Origin: Amphiscolops sp. MND2022
Taxonomy: Eukaryota
Direction: 5' to 3'
DNA: 64,000 nt
NCBI GenBank assembly: GCA_964187785.1
Contig: OZ076409.1
Span: forward strand, 30,072,001-30,136,000
Shown here: in pieces, positions 12,646 through 25,017 of the stretch
How the letters are laid out: each line of letters opens with the position of its first letter
Numbering within the stretch: the stretch's first letter is position 1
Translations under genes and position numbers: made by a program
Notes under the pieces: model-generated
Told to the model about the DNA's origin: nothing
The model's input: the letters and a program-made list of their open reading frames with translations, nothing else
Database searches by the model: none

Positions 12646-14116
12646 ATTGTGGGGGTTTTCATCATTGAGATGTTTATTTCACGTCAAACAGTCACTGCAA
12701 CTCAATGTCATCAAACTACTTCATGAAACTTAATGCACATTACTGTAGAAAACCATGAAAATTTTATGTGAAAAGATAAATTTAGGTTGAAAAAGTATTA
12801 GGGAAGACTAAAGTAAACATGTCCACAAGCATGGAAACAGTACAAAATCAGTTCGACACTCCTGTACACAGGTAATCCCTTTTAATTCAGGTGATAAATG
12901 ACTAGCCTCATTAACAATGGATCGCATCATACCATTGTTGGAAACTCTCAAACGACGAAATCGGGCCCTAAAATGAGTGGAACAAATCGTGTAGTGTCGC
13001 CGAAAAGTTCTCAAAAGTATATTCTATTTCACAATTGGAAGAGCCCCTCGAGATCAGAATTTCAATGCATGCTCACAAAAACAATCTAGACTGACGTGAC
13101 TAGCTAAAATGTAGTTCTTATGTTCCAGAGGCTGTTTCATGTTTGTACAGCGCTGCTTCGCCCTTACCTAGGTGCGGGTTGCCACAGATGAATACTAAGC
13201 TAGCAAGCACACCCACGCACTTTTACTGCAAGGAATGTTTTAGTGTGTGAATTACATGTAATATTGAAAAGAAAGTCTGGCTCTCATGTTCTTCCAGCTC
13301 GATAACTTGTTAATCTTTCTGATCTAAAAAATATATCTTGTAAAGTTGTAACTCAGTATGAAGCAACCTCAAGTGTTATTGTGTACGATTTTGCACATTC
13401 AACTGAGAAACATGTTGCAATCGACAATTCAAACTCATTTGCAAAACTTCGGTGTCCCTTTTATGTCTACTCTGCGTGAAATTCTTGTTTACGTTGTGTC
13501 AATTACAAAGACACGATAAAAGAAAAACATAACTTCGAAGAATTTCAATTACTGTGCCCCACGCGCACGCAAATCTAATCGAGATTAATCAAGAACGCAA
13601 CTGATAACAAACCGTCGGCGACACTTCCAAGTACCACGCACCGTTTAATAGTGGATTTCACATTTCAGATTCACATTACGATCTAATCACTCTGATTTTA
13701 GAGCTCAATTTCGGATTAAATCTCATTGACACCACACTTATCAGCATTATCCTGTTGTTGATATTTCTTCCTGCTACTGAAAAGCTATGAAGATCGTTTT
13801 AAAAGCAGTATAATTGATGTAAGGTATTTGAAAGGTTGAAAAACTAGCGATCGAGTATTATGGCACTGAAAAACCAAAAACTATTTAGGAGTCCTTTGAA
13901 ATTCATTTTTTTCCTGTGATGGGTTTTTCGAGATGGGAAAATATCAAAAACCTCAAAATTGTTTGAGAAGAGCGATAAACAGGACGCTCAATCAGCTGTC
14001 ACTCTGTACCACGACCCACTCTAACAACAGTTCGGCAGTATTTCCCTCAAGCCATTGAATGAAACGAGAATTACCGTATGCTTGTAGTTTGGTGAAGAAG
14101 ACTAACATTCTTGGAA

Positions 14117-17100
14117 ATGCCGTCTCTTGATAGAAACAAATCAATTGAGTGCGATAACTGTGGGCAAAAGTGGTTAGAAAACCAAACGTCACAAAAAAAT
14201 CATGTAAAAATGGCATTCTTTTTTTGTCCAGAATGTCCTAAATTTGCTGCGAAAACTGACGAGAAACTGAATTATCACAAAGTCAAAAAACACGAGAAAA
14301 ATTCTCTCAATAATTGTTTCACATGCAGTGAGTGTAGGCTCAACTTTCACAGCTTCTACACACTTCGCATGCATGAAGAGACTTTTCACAAGATCAAGGA
14401 ACAGACCTCCGAATCCGTTCCCATCGAAATTGACTTTGGCACAATCATGGGCGATCACGCAAATCAAGAACTTCGGGACGAACTCGACAGTGTGAAGCAC
14501 TTTCTTATTGACTCAGAATCGTTTCGAGGGAAACATAAGGTCTTCAACTTTGCTATAGCTGAATTGAATCCGCAACTGATAGTTGATAAGCTCCGAACAG
14601 TCTTTTCCAAACTTGACAATGCAGCCAAGGTAAATTTTAGCTTGGGTTTTGTCCTCCGCAATATAGAAACTGGTGATTATCGTTACTATTATGCTCATGA
14701 AAATTCGCTAGTTTTCAACACAGCTCGAATTTTGAGCAATGGAGAAGACCTGAACAATTACGGAACTGTCTCTGACTGATTTTGTTGAAAGTGCAACTCT
14801 AGAACGGCCAAATACAAAATGGAAATTCGCCTTTGCAACAAACATGACAGTTTTTGCTTCAACTCTCGAGGAAGTTCCTATGGGTTGCTGCAGCCTGGAG
14901 ATACCAAGATGCATCACTAGAAACACAAAGATTAATTGTCTGATGAGCAATTCTTCGAAACAATTGTATGAAGATTGTTTGTGTTTACTGGGAGCTGTAT
15001 CTTCCACCTAACAGGCAACAACAAATTGGAGGAGCAGACTGCAAATCCTTTCCATCGATTTGTTGAACATAGTAAAATAGATGTTGCGGAATTCCAAGGT
15101 ATAAATTTGGAGTCTGTCAAAGATATTGAAGATCTCACGGAGTTGAAGATCAGCGTATACAATATCGAACTCGATAACGAAAAACTAATTGGTGTGTTAT
15201 CACATCGGTGTATAAACAAATACTCTAAGGGCATCCAACTCCTGAGGTATAATAATCACATTTGTTACACGAAGGATATCAACGGAGTTTCCAATTCCTT
15301 CCGATGTGATAATTGCAACAAGTTTTTCTCAAAGCATTCAAACTTGCGTCGACATTCTCCAGTTTGTGATAAGTTGGTGAAAAACAAATACCCTTGCTCC
15401 GCATATAGTTTGAAAGAGACAGTATTCGAAAAACTTTCCCAGTTTGATATATTAGTGCCTGAAAACATTCGTCTTTTTGACAATCTGGCAGTTTTCGATT
15501 TTGAATCTATCTGCGTTGCTGAAAACAACTCTGCCGAAAACAATCTGACCACATGGGTAGGTAGGCATGAACCCATTTCAGTGTCAATTTCATCCAATTT
15601 GCTCTACAAACATATTTTCATATGCAAGTCTGAACCAAGAAAACTAGTAGAACACTTTGTGGATGCTCTACAGACATTGGCCGCTAAAAGTGAAAAATGC
15701 TAAAAGTGATATGCTAAAAGTGATAAACATTGGCCGCTAAAAGTGATATGCGAATGCTTTTCAAAGATGTATCAACTGCTTTATGTGATAAAATAGCAAG
15801 TTTATCTGATGCAATGTTGCCTTCTGATCAAACAGAAGGAACTTAAAACTTTTCTCTTTCTCCTTCGGAATAAGCATGAAGTTTTCGAACAAAAAGAAGA
15901 AAAACTTACTTGATCTGCAGAAAAGTTTGGAAGAGTATATATCAACATTGCCTGTTTTTGGTTTCAACAGTTCTAGATATGATCTCAATCTCATCAAATC
16001 TTATCTTATTCCTATTCTTATCAACGAAAAAAAGTTGGAGCCCCGCGTAATCAAAAAGACAAATCAATTCTTTTTCAAGTTTGGCAACGTTTAAATGACG
16101 GATATACTGAACTTCATCGGAGGCGCCACCACCCTGGATTCTTTTTTAAAGGCATATGATACTTCCGAGACGAAAGCTTTTTTTCCCTATGATTGGTTCG
16201 ACTGTCCATCAAAACTTGATCATGAAACACTGCCACCATACAATGCCTTCTTCAACAAACTTCGAAATCACAATCCGCTTGAAGCGGACTTCATTCGTTT
16301 TGAAAAACTACTTTTCAGTGGCCATACTAAACAAGAAGCCTTGATAGAAATGAAAATTTCTACTGCTCTTCTCACAGGAACAGAAAACTACAATTATCTG
16401 CTGGAGATCTGGAGGTCAGAAAACATGAGAACAATCAAAGAATTCCTCAAGTGGTAGAACAATGATGTTTCGACAGGATTTTGTTCCGACGCTCGAAGCC
16501 TCGCAAAAAATGATGAAGTGCTATCATGAGCGCAAAATAGACATGTTGAAACTTGGCTACACTCTCCCAAATCTAGCAAATATTTATCTACACTCTTCAA
16601 CAACAGCAAAGTTTTACCCATTCACTAGAAACGATGAAGATCTTTTGGAGAAAATCAGGTCTGATATGGTGGGAGGACCTTCTGTTATTTTCAAACGTGA
16701 AGCAATAGTGGGCAAAACTAAAATTCGATTCACAGATAATTTGTGTCGAACCATCATAGGAATAGACGCTAGTCAACTCTATCCGTTCTCCATGTGTCAG
16801 GAAATGCCCACTGGGTTGTACACTAGATGGGAAATTGATGCTAAGTTGGGAAAATTCAAAGCTCTCCAAAATCGTAGACGACGATTTGTGAACATGGTGA
16901 TGGATTATTTCCAAAATGCTTGGCCTGAATGTACAATTGAAAGTCTCTACACTACCGGAAAACAACACAAAATCGAAAACTTCAGCGTCGACGGATTCTT
17001 CAGAGAAAGGATGAAGACAAACTTTCCATATCGCAAACCTCTGTCGGAACACCAAATCATGCAACAGATCAAAAATAATACTCTCTTTGGTTATGTTCAA

Positions 17101-18272
17101 TGTGCCTTGTCAGTTCCCAAATGTCTGCGAAATGCCTTCAAGCATTTCCCTCCAATTTTCAAGAATTCTTTCGTTAGTAGAGACGATATTGGCGAGTACA
17201 TGAAGACATATGCTGAGAAACATGGCTTGCTACAACAACCTAGCAAAATGCTGATTTCCAGCTATCATTTGGAAAATGGATGCGTGATCACTCCGCTTTT
17301 CAATTTCCATATGAGCCTCGGACTTGAGTGTACAAACATTCACAGATTTGTTCAATATCTTCCACGAAATTGTTTCAAAGGGTTTGTTAAATCAGTTGTT
17401 GAGGCCCGACGACTCGGTGATCAAAACAAAAAGTCTACAGTGATTGCTGAGACTATGAAGCTGTTGAGTAATAGCTCTTATGGGTACCAAATTATGGACC
17501 GTAGCAAACATACAGAAACGAAATCCTTGGATGAAGTAAAGACAAACCGTGCTATCAAATGTACTTTTTTCAAGCAACTCCGTTACATTGACGATTCTCT
17601 CTATGAAGTCGAGCTTGTTAAAGCACAAATAGAACACCGGGAACCAATCGTTGTTGGTTTCTTCATACTTCAATATGCAAAGCTAAGAATGTTGGAGCTT
17701 TACTACAACTTCTTCCAAAAATACTGCGACCAAAGCAAGTTCGAAGAAATAGAAATGGACACAAACTCACTCTATTTAGCACTAGCAGAAAACAACATTT
17801 CTGATTGCATTACACAAGAGAAGGCCGAAGAGTGGTCATGCATCAGAAAAGATGACTGCATTGATGAATTTGAGGCTGACAGCAGCAGAAATTGTTTCCC
17901 AGGACATGTTGTACTACTCACGCCAAGCTTGATAAACGGGAGCCAGGTTTGTTCAAAGAAGAGTTTCGAGCTACAGAAATGATTCGTTTGTGTAGCAAAA
18001 CATACTGTTGCTACAATTCAGATACCAAGAAGATTAAATTCAGCAGTAAAGGATTGAACAAACATTTTTTGAACGACTCATCCGTTGGTCCTCTTCACAA
18101 ATACAGAAAAGTTTTGGACAACGCGACGAATATTGGTTCAACCAACAGAGGATTCAGAGCAAGAAATCAAGCTGTTTATACTTATGAACATTCGAAGAAA
18201 GGCTTATCGTTCTTTTGTCCCAAGCGAAAGTTGTTACCGGACGTGATTCACACGTATCCCTTGGATATTTGA
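14117..18272 (+). pseudogene. Protein-primed family B DNA polymerase (Polinton pPolB), right copy; frameshifted
   Basis: ORFs 14111-14779 (C2H2 fingers), 14975-15703, 15876-16094, 16095-16457, 16462-17982 and 17892-18272. Same motifs as the left copy, but catalytic DTDS has become DTNS and there is a 216-bp in-frame deletion. Confidence 0.9.
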
Positions 18273-20261
18273 GAAATTGAAGTGTCCCTTTTCATCCACA
18301 CTTCACTGTTGAAAATTATTTACTTTCATGGACTGAAATTCAACATAATGCGTAACCAGTTCAATGTTATACTCTGTTCCTATTTTCTACAACGTTTTCA
18401 AATGAATTCGATGTTAGTTTTTCATCTTGTTTGAATACCTTCTCACATGTGCAAAACAATAGCAGCGTAATTTCAGATGTTGTGTGCTTATGTATTTTTC
18501 TCGTGTGCTCAATGTCTTTCTTGTGATGTTTAGTCTATGTTGCGTCTCACTTCACCATTTGTTTATCCATACATGCAATAAAATTGTTTGTGAAAGTCTG
18601 AGCTAGAAATGAAACAAAAACAAAAAAGTCATTAACTCTTTCTTATGGATTAAGATTTACCAGTTTGACCTTGTTATTCATTAATATTCATCCTAAAATG
18701 TTCATGTGTTGAATAACACGAATACAACAATCATTATACTATTTTTGTTCTGTGTTATCATTTTGCTTGTGATTATTGAAATTAATACACTCCTTTTGAG
18801 AAAAAATCTCATTACTCAATTGTTACCATTTTTGTTCTGTGTTATCTTTTTGCTTGTGAATATTGAAACTAATACACTCTTTTTGAGAAAACAACCTCTA
18901 ATTACTTGAGCAAGTGTATTTCGGATATATGAAGTTTCATTTGTCCAAATGTAAAAGATACCCAACAACTGTGCATATGAGTTCAGATTCATATTATGAG
19001 TTTTTTATGAACGAAGAGTCTTCCAGTCATTCGTAAAACAATTTTTCCGTCTAGTGAACGGAGAAGAGGATAAAGTTTCAATATAGGAAAAACTCCTGAA
19101 CAAAAACATGTCAAGAATTTTGAAGCGGAAAGGAAATCAGTGCTACGGTAAACAAGTTTTATTGTAGCTGATGTACACGTTGAAAATGGTAAGCTGAAAA
19201 CATAGTAAATATATATATTCCATCGCCTTAGTATGAAAATTAGACTGTCAAAAAACAGTTAGGTCACAGAACCAAAAAAATTCTAGCCGGCAACGTGTTT
19301 CCCTGAAAGCTGATTCCGCTGACTGCATACAAAGTTTCGTGAAACTGAGTCTCTGAGCTATAAACCCGGCAAAAACATTCTTCCGTCGCAGTCATAGCTG
19401 AGATTGAAAACCAATGATGAGACTGAAAGCTGTTCTCTCACACTGTATCTAGTAGGATAAAAAATTTCAGAAATCAGAGCAGCGGTATTAAGCATTGATG
19501 AGGATCTTTCAGCAGGAAAAGAATGTTCTTCTACAATCTTGATTTGGAGTCGGCGCCACTGTTCCAGTAAGATAAAAATAGCATAGCAGCAATACTTTGG
19601 CAAAAGTCTGGCTGACAAATATCCGTGAAAATTGCTCTCGCGCAAGACCGGAAACAAACCTTTCGAGTCACCACATTTCCAAGTTGAAGGTTGAGATCGT
19701 ATTTGATTATTCCGAATAGAACAAATTTTCCCCACTTTTAGAAAAACCCGGAGCGTCGTTGACTCGTGAATTTCTTCGTTTCTTTTTTGACTGTGCCATG
19801 AATTCCGTACGTTAAAAATCCGTTAATCTCCCAGTTCACTGTTCACTCTCAGGACTCCGAAAAAAATTCAATTTTCAAACATGTGAAGATAGAGGGGGCG
19901 GGGGGGGGTGTGCTGACTGTTTTTTTTTATCAGAGGTTTTTTTCTGATTCGACGATTAGGAATGTGATTCATTCATTTCCACGCAACTTGTATTGAGTTG
20001 AAAAATTTTTTTGGACACCCCCCTTGGCTTGGGGACCCAACACTATATGTCCAAACTACTTGGGGACCTCAATTGATTTATTGATCTATACGTAATCTTT
20101 ATACATGGATGTCCCCATGCACCCACCCAGATCGGCTCTCATATTTACTACTATTGCCTCTTACTGCTCAATGTTTTAGCAGTACAGTGCTATTCGGACA
20201 TAAGATTGCCTGCCTAGTTCGGGTTTAAATGATGGCTTTTTAACCGAAGGACTTCATCCAC

Positions 20262-21789
20262 CAGTGTTTTAGGCGCTTGCAATTTAAGCGCAAAATTTAG
20301 TGTATGTGACGTCATTTCCAGGTGAGCGTAGCAAGCATCAGCGACCTGCAAATGCAGGCGCGCTTAATACTGCAAAATGATTTTCTGAATTAGGCGGACC
20401 GGAACGAAGACCTCAAAGCATTTTTGTTGAACTCATTTCGGTGCCTATTCATAGAGCCGAATTTGAAAATTCGGTCCCATACAGAAGAATTGAAATTGCT
20501 AGCTTTTAGTGCTGTTACAGCCAATATGTTCAAACTTGATTTATTAGAAAAAGTTTGCATATTGTATGACTCGGTTGCTTCGCTCCCTTCGCCAAGTAGC
20601 AACATTGAGGCATGGCGATATGTCACGTCGCTCCGCTTCGCTCCTGCATTTACGGCACATTAATGGTATGTGAACATAGCTGACTACATTATGATAATAA
20701 TTCCGACAAAATCTGACACGCGTTTTCAGCTTAGTGAATTCAATTCGATTTCAAATTTCAGCCATTCAGATTCCAGCAATAAAGAAATTTTCTGCTGTTT
20801 TGAATTTCGGGTGTTTGGGAATTCCCCCTCATTTCTTGTGACATTTTTGCTCACAAAATTGTCGTTCGATTATACAAAAAAAATTATGTTTTCCTAACAC
20901 CAGAGAATGCTCTGACAGTCACATGTAATTTATGCTCTGCTTCCATAAAGTTCACGTGAAGATCAAAATACAATTTGACTCAATATTATAAATTTTCACA
21001 CAAAACTCCTGATGCTTTCCTTGGACGCAACAAACGAGTTACAACGAGAAAGATTGGTGACTTTAAATAGTCATACCAACAATAATTGTACTCGAACGTG
21101 GTTTTCTTTGTTTGGACCAATCGGTACTCTCATTGAATGCAGTGACAGAAACTTTCTAAAATAAATTGAGAGACAGTTTCCCATTTTTACTTTCTTCTGA
21201 TATGCACATTTTTGCCTTTATGCGTGATCCGGCATCATAGTTGAGCTTCACAGCGAAGGAGGATAGTCACTTTTCCAATGAAAATGATTGCAACGAGCTT
21301 GTTCTGAAGAAATTATCTGATGGTGAAACGATTGTGAATCAAACTGAACATGATCTACGACCATCGAAAAGATAAAGACTACACGATTTCTAGGATGGAG
21401 CCTTCGGATCCAAAATGCCTTCTATAAAAAGCAACATTTCCGCCTACTTGGCATTGCCAACTGTGCCCAATTGTAACATGATTGAATTCTGGATAAGTTA
21501 TCCCGAAGCTTTCCAACAACTTGTGGGTAAGGTTTTGGCAGTTGCACCCGACACAAATACTGTTGTGCTCTACCTTTTCTACCTCCGGTGTGCTGCTCAA
21601 CAAAAGACGCAATCGATTGAGTGCCTGAAATTTGGGAAGCTTCTTTTAAAAAAACTTTAGTTCTTGATTCAGAAATTGAACTATTCCAAAAATCTAATTT
21701 TTGATAAGCTACAACGCTTAAGCGATAAGCTGAATTTATATAAGCGTTAAAAGCGATAAGTAGCAAAGTCGCAAGTTATTGAATCACTG
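20262..21789 (+). mobile_element. Degenerate hAT transposon remnant with a C-terminal dimerisation-domain fragment
   Basis: CAGTG...CACTG ends, AGCG-rich subterminal repeats, flanks TCATCCAC/CTATCCAC (6/8 match, eroded 8-bp TSD). ORF 21415-21660 ISAYLALP...IEFWISYP..FQQLVGKVLAV resembles the hATC pattern. Confidence 0.55.
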
Positions 21790-21956
21790 CTATCCACTCT
21801 TCGTGGAGTGTAGTGGACTAATTATTGATGTTATAAGCGGTTTGACTTTGTAACAGGTTTACACTGTATTACCGAATTCAATCTACCGAGAAAATCTTCA
21901 TATAGATCTTGGTAGTTTAAGCTTTAGAATAACTCTAGTTGCCAATGTTTGTACAG

Positions 21957-22167
21957 GAAGGGCAAACTATAGACACGTGCCAGATAAGTGACGTCAGACG
22001 AGGATCCAGAGGTCAATTTGGGGAGATTCTTAGGGAGAAGTTGGGTCATCCACCCCCTGTGATCAACTACTCACCCCCTAATTTTGGCATTGTGCCACCT
22101 TGTGCTACCAACGACTTCAATACCAGCAATGTTATGGCTCCTACCAACACTGCTCCCTCTTCAGCAG
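21957..22167 (+). CDS. PLCB4: Phospholipase C beta exon (PH domain); 3' boundary uncertain (GC donor inferred)
   Basis: TTGTACAG acceptor, then EGQTIDTCQISDVRRG, similar to the PLCbeta4 PH-domain segment EGQVLECSLINSIRSG. Confidence 0.65.
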
Positions 22168-22538
22168 GCACGGCCATTTTGCAATCAATAATTTTACTCA
22201 GACTTCACAATCTATTGCATCTGTGACTTCGCATATTGTCAAAAACATTTTCTGGATTGTCAAGAGAGAATGTTTCAACAGTCATTCAACCCTGGAGAAA
22301 ATTGTGGTCCAAAAGCAAAAATGTTCGCTTTTTGAATACAAGTATGCTTGCACAGTTTCTCAAGATCGGTCGAAAGCACCCACTTTCAACTATTGACAAG
22401 AGTGTTGTTCGTTCCATGATCTGTCAACATTTAATTAAATGCTACAGAAAATGAGCTAATTCTGCGGTTTCCCTAGTTCACACATATTAGCGCTTGCAGG
22501 GTAGTTTCAATACATTTCTTTCAAAGTGTTTTTTGCAG

Positions 22539-22728
22539 TGAATATGAACACGGCCAATTCAACTGCTTCCATGAGCTCCACTTGTTCGGTCCAGGGGGGA
22601 GTGCTCGCCAGCAACTCCAACTCTGCGGCGGCCGTCGTCATGGGCATCACTGGTACCGGGGTTTCCTCACAGGGAGTGAGCCCAAACACCAATCTCAATT
22701 CTGCCGCTTTTGCGCAGTCCTACACAGG
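22539..22728 (+). CDS. PLCB4: PLC beta exon, Ser/Gly/Ala-rich insertion in the PH domain
   Basis: TTTTTGCAG acceptor and GG|GTTAGT donor; open, GC-richer frame; phase 2 end matches the exon at 29137. Confidence 0.6.
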
Positions 22729-23354
22729 GTTAGTTAAGCCTAAATATTTGAAGGAAAAATACTCTTGGGAAAGGTTTCAATTGGTTGAATGTTCATGCTC
22801 ATAGTGGTTCTTTGAAAAAGAAACGTTTATTCGGGAATGTTTAATGAAAAATCGTTTTGTTATTTGTTTAATAGTTATCGTTTTGTTTAATAGTTTTCAA
22901 AAATTTGAGAAATTGTTTTGCTTGAGGGTTTGGTTATCTGTTGAAAATTGAGTTCTAAGTTGCAGTTGGTAAATTTGAATTGGTATCATTGAGGAAATCA
23001 GTCGCGTTGTTCCTTGCCAAACGCTTGTCTCATTGTTGTTCTCAATTTGTTGAATCACAGTTCGGATGTGTTTTGGTCATTTTTATTCGGCGTGTTATGA
23101 AATAGCAAGACGGGACCGTCTTAACTCGGCGCGCCCCGCTTAAGACTCAAAAAGCGCAGTCTCTTAGTTATGCTTAGGGATATCTTTCAAAAAAGGTTCT
23201 GGAGACATCTCAGTGCGAACATTATGAAAAGGAAGCCATTCGAGCGCTTAAAACGCTTTTCTAAAACTTGAAACATCACAAAAATCTGAAAGGAAAAAAT
23301 TCAAAGTTTCACAATGCCAAAAAATACAAAGCTGAAAACCCTTCTTTAGACTTA

Positions 23355-23950
23355 AACAAGCCGGGAACGGCCCAAGTCGGCGTCATATCTAAGGGTCAAA
23401 AACAGCAAAAGGACTTCAAAGTGTCAAAGTATTCTCTTCTACGGTACCGGAAAAACCCAAAAGTTGAAACGAATTGGCGCACCAGAGGGGACACTTTGAG
23501 ATTTTTCATCCATTCTGTCGCAAATCATTTAAAAAATTGAAGGAGGGGCACTTTTGGTGGAAAAAATTTTTTCACCAAAAGTGCCCCTCCAATTTTTTTG
23601 AGAAAAAAAATCTCACAATGCCAAAAAAACTGAAAGGGGGACCCTTTGGGATTTTTCAACATCCGTTCTGTCGGAAAACTCCAAAAAATTGAAGGGGGCC
23701 CTTTGGGGAATTTTTTTTCGAAAAAAAGTCTCACAGAGCCGAAAAGTACTCAAAAGAAGTACCCTTAGGTACCGTGGAGTTTTTCAGATGATGTAAAAAG
23801 ACGTTGCAAACTTTTGCGCCATTATCGATAGATTTTCAAAAATTTATGAAAATTGTAAGAAAAGTGGACCACTCAGAGTGAGATTGTCAACTGAAAAAAA
23901 CTCACTGTAAGAGTCGGGCTTTTTTCCTTAAGGGAAAAGGCGCCGACTAA
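23355..23950 (-). mobile_element. HINE family 3 (GGGACCCTTT-type internal repeats)
   Basis: Reverse complement starts TTAGTCGGCGC with a hairpin and ends ...GCCGACTT.GGCCGTTCCCGGCTTGTT. Homologous to 42322-43027 and 49520-50207. Confidence 0.65.
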
Positions 23951-24084
23951 AAACATGTTTTCCAAATTGAAAACATTAAAAGACTCAAAGGGGGAACATT
24001 TTGGTCTCGTAAATGTGAACAATACGGGAACGTCTCAAGTCGTGGCCCCCACTTAACGTCGTTAGTGATTTCGTCCCAAAATTA

Positions 24085-25017
24085 GGACAGAAATTTTTTC
24101 ACACTGAATAAAAAACTATAATCAGCAAAAAGCATTGAAATCATCAGAAAACAGACGGAAATATTGAAAACCAAAATTGACTCACTACAGATGACATTTG
24201 AAACGAATCAATAATATTCCATGGCTCTGGCATCTGAAAAAGGTGCCTTCACTTGGCTCACAGCTCTACCATTGAAACGCTATGGTTTTGATCTGACAAA
24301 AACCGAATTTCGTGACGACCTATCTCTCAGGTACGGCCTTCAGCCAAAAAATCTTTCCTCAAAAGGCCCCTGTGGCGAAGCCTTCACAAACTCACACGCA
24401 CTCCACTGTGGCAAAGGAGGTTATACTCACATGCGTCACAATGAGATCCGCGACACTTTCGCCAAAATAATGAGAGACGTTTGTTCTGTCGAAATGAGAT
24501 GTCGAAATCGAGCCGAAACTTCAGTCATTGGAAGGCGAGTCCTTCGATTACAGAACCACCTGCACTGAAGATGAAGCCCGCCTCGATATCAAGGCCAGCG
24601 GACTCTGGGATTCCCGCTTTTGCCGTACTTTTTTTGACATTAAGATCTTCAATCCTCACGCCGCATACTGTCCCCGAAACATCAAAGATGCTGACATACA
24701 ACACGAAAATGAGAAGAAATGAAATATGAACAGAGAATCATAGACGTGGAACACAGCACCTTCAACCAGCTAGTTTTTGCCTGCACTGGTGGAGCAGGGC
24801 CGTCGGCTTCCAATAGTTATCTCAAGACTTGCGTTGAAAATATCTGAGAAGGGACGACAGCTATTCTGACGCAATTAGCTTCATTCGTACAAAAATCCGT
24901 GTTGCACTTCTACAGAGCTCGGTACTATGCCTGGGAGGATGTCGCGCCCTTAAGCGTCAAATAGACCATGTTGAGTCTTCCATTGCGGCAACAGTGCAGG
25001 AGGGAAGGCTCTCGTGA
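24085..25017 (+). mobile_element. 3' fragment of a CRE-like non-LTR retrotransposon (CCHC knuckle plus restriction-like endonuclease), frameshifted
   Basis: WLTALPL...FRD.L.LRYG, PCG...HALHC.KGG..H.RHN..RD, EARLDI...GLW.....FFDIKIFNP, HENEKK.KY..R...VEH..F..LVF..TGG. Confidence 0.8.

Larger units (their letters stand above)
4891..20152. mobile_element. Polinton/Maverick-derived element, almost entirely palindromic (two ~7.5-kb inverted arms, each with a pPolB pseudogene)
   Basis: Ends are AGTAGTAAATATGAGAGCCGATCTGGG and CCCAGATCGGCTCTCATATTTACTACT. 6-bp TSD ATTGCC at 4885-4890 and 20153-20158. Arms ~4891-12365 and ~12646-20152 are reverse complements apart from indels. Confidence 0.92.

Noticed and set aside
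4891..20152. Palindrome as a long-read foldback artefact
   Set aside because: Arms differ by many substitutions, large indels and a one-sided TE, and the flanks are unique with a TSD; read-level confirmation is still advisable.
2626..20700. ~110-bp direct repeats at 2626-2740 and 20578-20700 as LTRs or att sites around the Polinton
   Set aside because: They are diverged, lie at unequal distances outside the true TSD, and the second sits inside a hAT remnant; more likely a dispersed repeat.
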